Origin: Squalus acanthias
Taxonomy: Eukaryota
NCBI GenBank assembly: GCA_030390025.1
Contig: CM059431.1
Span: forward strand, 117,120,001 to 117,184,000
Length of the DNA stretch: 64,000 bases
Reading direction: 5' to 3'
Under the pieces are notes generated by a model that saw nothing but the letters and a program-made list of their open reading frames with translations, was not told where the DNA came from and did not search any database. This document shows positions 59,062-64,000 of this stretch, piece after piece. Made by a program: the position numbers and the translations under genes. The number at the start of each line of letters is the position of its first letter. Positions within the stretch are counted from its first letter, which is position 1.

Positions 59062-62000
59062 ATAGAATAGAATCATAGAATCATAAAATGGTTACAGCAC
59101 AGAAGGAGGCCTTTCAGCCCGTCGAGCCTGTGCCGGCTCTCTGCAAGAGCACTTCAGCTAGTCCCAATCCCCCGACCTTTCCCCGTAGCCCTGCAAATTT
59201 TTTTCCTTCAGGTACTTATCTTTTGAAAGCCACGATTGAATCTGCCTCCACCACCCTTTCAGGCAGTGCATTCCAGATCTTAACCACTCGCTGCGTAAAA
59301 AAGTTTTCCTCATGTCGCCTTTGGTTCTTTTGTCAATCACCTTAAACCTGTGTCCTCTGTTTCTCGACCCTTCCGCCAATGGGAACACTTTCTCTCTATC
59401 TACTCTGTCTAGACCCCTCATGATTTTGAACACCTCTATCAAATCTAATCTCGAACATCTCTACTCTAAGGATAACAACCCCAGCTTCTCCAGTATATCC
59501 ACGTAACTGAAGTCCCTCATCCCTGGAACCATTCTTGTAAATCTTTTCTGCACCCTCTCTAAGGCCTTCACATTCCACCTAAAGTGCGGTGCCCAGAATT
59601 GGACACAATACTCCAGTTGAGGCCGAACCAGTGTTTTATAAAGGTTCATCATAACTTCCTTGCTTTTGTACTCTATGGCCGGAATCTTGCTGGCAGTCAG
59701 AGGGTGGGTTCGGAGGTGGGTCCGCTGACAAAAATTAAAAGATTGACAGCGGGTCGGGAGCCCGCTGTGAACCCGCCTCCATGTCAATTTCCCAAATGCC
59801 GGGTCTGCCTGCGCTTTACAGACCCGACTCTAAGCCAATTGAAATACTTAAGAGGTTGTGAAAAGGTACTTAAATAGCATTTTACCATCTAATTACCATT
59901 TTTCCAGCTTTTTAACGAGTTTCACAGCACTCGGGAATCATGTCAGGTAAGTAGGTTGGGTTTTCAATGACTCTCCATTGCTCTGAATAGGTGACAGCTG
60001 CAAAAGTGGTATAACAACTACCATTTCACAGCTGTTCACTTTCCAACATTAGAAGCTGGAGCCTTCAGGATTTGGAACACACATTTGAGCTTTATGGAGG
60101 TTGCAAGTGTTTGGAGTAAACTCTCTATCCACTGTCACCTCCTTGGAACAACCTATCTCACAACTGACAGATCGCTTCTGTCATCTGAACTTCAGCTGAC
60201 ATCTATTCCATCAGCATCAGTGCCCTTAAAAAAATTTCACCTTGTTCCTCAGAATCCCACCATGATCAGCCTCAGCCCCAACACCAACATCACCAGGCAC
60301 ACCAGCAGCACCAACAACAACACCTACCTTCTCCGCAATCACCTGATGCTGGACAGGACACAGGACATCAGCATCTGACCACATTGCTGCCTGGGAGATC
60401 AGGGATGGCCTCACCATGGCCAGATGTACTTCACTTGATGCTGTACACGCTGGCTGCTACATAATGTGCCAGGTTGGCACCACCCCACACCAGCACCATA
60501 AAGCATCCCTGCAATGCCCAAGCCATTTGTTTCACACTCATCACCATTGCGGGGTGGGGCGGGGGGGGGGGGGGGTGCCCTTATGTCTCACCATTCACTA
60601 CAACTCATTAAGCCACTTTCAAAAGTGCACACAAATCTGACCAAGAAGGCAAAGTGTTCAAAATAAAGATTTTAATGTTAGACAACACATTAGCAGAAAC
60701 TCTACATGAACATTGCATAAAACACCCAAGTGCCTACCCTTGTGTGTTGTTAGTTGGTATGATTGGACAAGGATGAGGGTGAGTGTGAGGGGTGGCTAGT
60801 GAGATGGGGAAGTGATAATGTAGATAGAGAGGGATGGGTGGAGGTGCAAGGTAAGTTGGTGTGAGTAAAGATGCGCAGGAGTAGGGTAGGGAAGGCAGAT
60901 TGATGGGGATGTGATGAGTGGCACAGCAGAATGAGGTTGAGTGTGGCTTTGCAGTAACGTTTCGTGATCTACTGAGATCATTGAAAGGTTTGCGCCACTG
61001 CAGCCTGGTCCTCCTGACGACATCCCTGCTTGTGTCTTCTTGTGCAATGTGCAACCAGGCTGTGTTGGTATCCTGGGGAGGTCTCTTCTGCCAATTGAAA
61101 GGGAAGAGAACCTCCCTGCGTGCTGTGACTCTCTTCATAAGTATATGGAGGGAGTTATAGGAGAGCCTGGGTGCAGCCGTGCACCTTTGTGCAGTGATTG
61201 TCAGTGTTTGCAGCACCTCAATGTTGTAGAACACTGACAACACAACTGTCAAACTGAAAACGCGTCATCAGACCCGCTTCCTTTTAATTGGCCGGAAACC
61301 CCACAGGTCAGGGTTAACAAGTCCAATCAGGGCAAAATCTCTTCAACAGAGCACGATAAAACCGGGAGCAGGGTCGTAGTCCGCCACCTACCTCGGCCGC
61401 ACTTAGCCCGCCTCGGTAGGTGAAATTGCGGACTATACCTCTATATATGAAGCCCAGGACCCCGTATGCTCTTTTAACTGCTTTCTCAACCTGTACATAT
61501 ACCCCCAGGTCTCTCTGTTCATGCACCCCCTTTAGAATTGTATCCTTTAGTTTATATTGCCTCTTCTTGTTCTTCCTACCAAAATGTATCACTTCGCACT
61601 TTGTGTTGAATTTCATCTGCCACGTGTCCGCCCATTCCACCAGCCTGTCTATGTCCTCTTGAAGTTTATCACTATCCTTCTTACTGTTCACTATACTTCC
61701 AAGTTTTGTGTCATCTGCAGATTTTGAAATTGTGCCCTGTACAACCAAGTCCAAGTCATTAATATATATCAAGAAAAGCAGTGGTCCTAATACCTACCCC
61801 TGGGGAACACCACTGTGTACCTTCCTCCAGTCCGATAAACAACCGTTCACCACTACTTTCTGTTTCTTGTCACTTAGCCAATTTTGTATCCATGCTGCCA
61901 CTGTCCCTTTTATTCTATGGGCTTCAATTTTGCTGGCAAGCCTGTTGTGTGGCACTTTATCAAACGCCATTTGGAAATCCATGTACACACATCAACCGCA

Positions 62001-62620
62001 TTGCCGTCATCAACCTTCTCTGTTACCTCATCAAAAAACTCAACCACATTAGTTAAACTTGATTTGCCTTTAACAAATCCATGCTGGCTTTCCTTAATTA
62101 TTCCACATTTGTCTAAATTACTCATAATTTTGTCCCGGATTATCATTTCTAAAATCATCTCCACTACTGAGGTTAAACTGACTGGCCTGTAGTTGCTGGG
62201 TTTATCCTTACACCATATTTTTGAACAAGGGTGTAACATTTGTAATTCTCCAGTCCTCTGGTACCACCCCCGTATCCAAGGAAGATTGCAAGATTATGGC
62301 CAGTACCTCTGCAATTTCCACCTTTACTTCCCTCAGCATCCTAGGATGCAACACCTTGTGACTTACCTACTTTAAGTACAGCCAGCCTTTCTAGTACCTC
62401 CTCTTTATCAATTTTTCTCCCATCCAGTATCTCAACTACCTCCTCTTTCACTATGAGTTTGGCAGCATCTTCTTCCTTGGTAAAGACAGATGTAAAGTAC
62501 TCATTTAGTACCTCAGCCATGCCCTCTGCCTGCATGCGTAGGTCTCCATTTTGGTCCCTAATCGGCCCACCCCTCCTCTTACTACCCGTTTACTATTTAT
62601 ATGCCTATAAAAGACTTTTG
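59062..62620 (-). mobile_element. Decayed 5'-truncated CR1 ORF2
   Basis: NYRPVSL, MDFQMAFDKVPH, GVPQG and SADDTKLG, with an ATTCTATG tail. Confidence 0.9.
59677..61433 (-). mobile_element. Harbinger deletion derivative retaining a Myb/SANT exon
   Basis: TSD TAT and TIRs GGCCGGAATCTT / GAAATTGCGGAC. Peptide APRLSYNSL..ARREVLFP..AWLHIA..RTRLQWRKPFNDL. Confidence 0.85.
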
Positions 62621-64000
62621 GAATCCATCCCTAAAGGACATTAGTGAACCATTTGGGTTTTTATCACAATTTGAGAGCTTCATGATCTCTTCTGCTGATA
62701 CCAGCTTTTTAAAATTTATTATTAAACAGAATTCAAATTCTCAAACTGCCATTGTGGGATTTGAACTAATGCGTTCTGGATTTTTGTTAGGGGCTCTGGA
62801 TTACTCGTCTAGTAACATAACCACTCCATTATTACACCCATGATGCAGTAGATCCCATTAAAATTTTGAAAGCTTTGTGTACAGAAATTCATTACAGATC
62901 CAAGTAATTATTCATTATTGTCATTACACTTGAAAATGCATATATCTCAAGTTTATAATACTGATGTAAGCAATGTACTGTCTTAATCAAAGTACAGGTT
63001 TGGGAAAGATAGAAAGTGTGGGAATGGTTATTTATAATGGTGACCTGTTTAGAGTTTTATATTGTTCCAAGTAGAACCAGAAATGTAAATTGCTCAAGTG
63101 GATTTTAAAAGCCAAGTTGAAAGTAAATGCTTTTCCAGTTGTTTTGTCCTAACTCAGCTTGAGGTAATTATTTTCATTAATACATTTAAATACTGCGTTA
63201 TATACTAGAAATCTTGGTGAGGATTCAGCAGAATGTTTGCTTCCCAACTCCAAGGCTTTAGGTTTGTATCCTCAGGCTGTGTGACATTTAAAGCTGCCAG
63301 CCTTAATTCAATATACACGTACATATTTCCAAGTGAGAATAAAAATGAAAATATAATAAAACATTTTAGTTTCATTCAGGTACAAAATCTTGCCACTCTC
63401 TACGCCTACATTTAAATAAATTAATCCTACACTTTCCTTTTCTTCCAAATAAACTGTAGCGTTAATGTGCCTTCATAATTTTTGGACTATCATGGATTTC
63501 TGAGATTTTAAATAAAAAGGAATTTACAATCGAGCTTTTCCGTCTCTACACCCGTAACTACCACATTTCATAGCAACAAGTCCGACTCCTTTACGTGACC
63601 TCAGTTCTCTCTAGATAATTACATTAAGCTCTATTTCATTTGGTGCAGAGAATTTTTTTTTTAGTACACAATCACCTGCACAAATCAAGTCTCATGCAAA
63701 TATACTCGGGAGGTTCTTATTAGTTTACGTTTTATCACAAAAAACACCACCAGAAAATCCTTTAGGAATTCCTTTAATTATTTCAGAACTTCGGGCTATA
63801 ATTAATTCAAGTATTGTGCAAAGGGAAATGACTTACTACAGTAATTCCTACTATTTGAATAAATATTCTCCACAAAGATTTCTCCCCACATAGCACATGT
63901 ATTATTGGAAAGGGCAATTTGGGATTAAAACCCTAAGGTCTATATTTCCTTCTCTTAGTGGATTACTGGTTAATAGGGTTTATCACAGAATTTAATGGAG

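Larger units (their letters stand above)
58857..62838 (-). mobile_element. tRNA-derived SINE (58857-59061 plus 62623-62838) split by a CR1
   Basis: Minus-strand A-box-like TGGAGTGG and B-box GTTCAAATCC. The tail matches the LINE tail at 1050-1150. Confidence 0.7.

Noticed and set aside
1..64000. CRISPR array or prokaryotic operon
   Set aside because: There is no repeat-spacer periodicity, and the content is eukaryotic transposons.

Overview
This is repeat-dense vertebrate DNA, most likely from a shark or other cartilaginous fish. That call is an inference from the CR1/L2/RTE LINE set, a SacSINE1-like Deu-domain SINE and a Penelope hammerhead palindrome. Most of the window is nested transposable elements. 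It holds one full-length CR1 LINE with both ORFs intact (39.3-43.7 kb) and a near-identical truncated copy, plus many decayed CR1, L2 and RTE fragments. There is a reconstructable two-gene PIF/Harbinger transposon and about ten Harbinger-type non-autonomous elements with 3-bp TSDs. Four solo LTRs, tRNA-derived SINEs and an ORF1-only Tx1/L1-type element are also present. The unique gaps contain a phase-compatible chain of candidate minus-strand exons that I cannot name. The most notable signals are a covarying structured RNA motif at the U5 end of two otherwise dissimilar LTRs, the ORF1-only Tx1 element inserted in a SINE A-box, tandem duplicated CR1 3' tails, paired hammerhead ribozymes, and MITEs carrying promoter motifs plus splice donors. 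All calls were made by eye; no database search or folding program was run.
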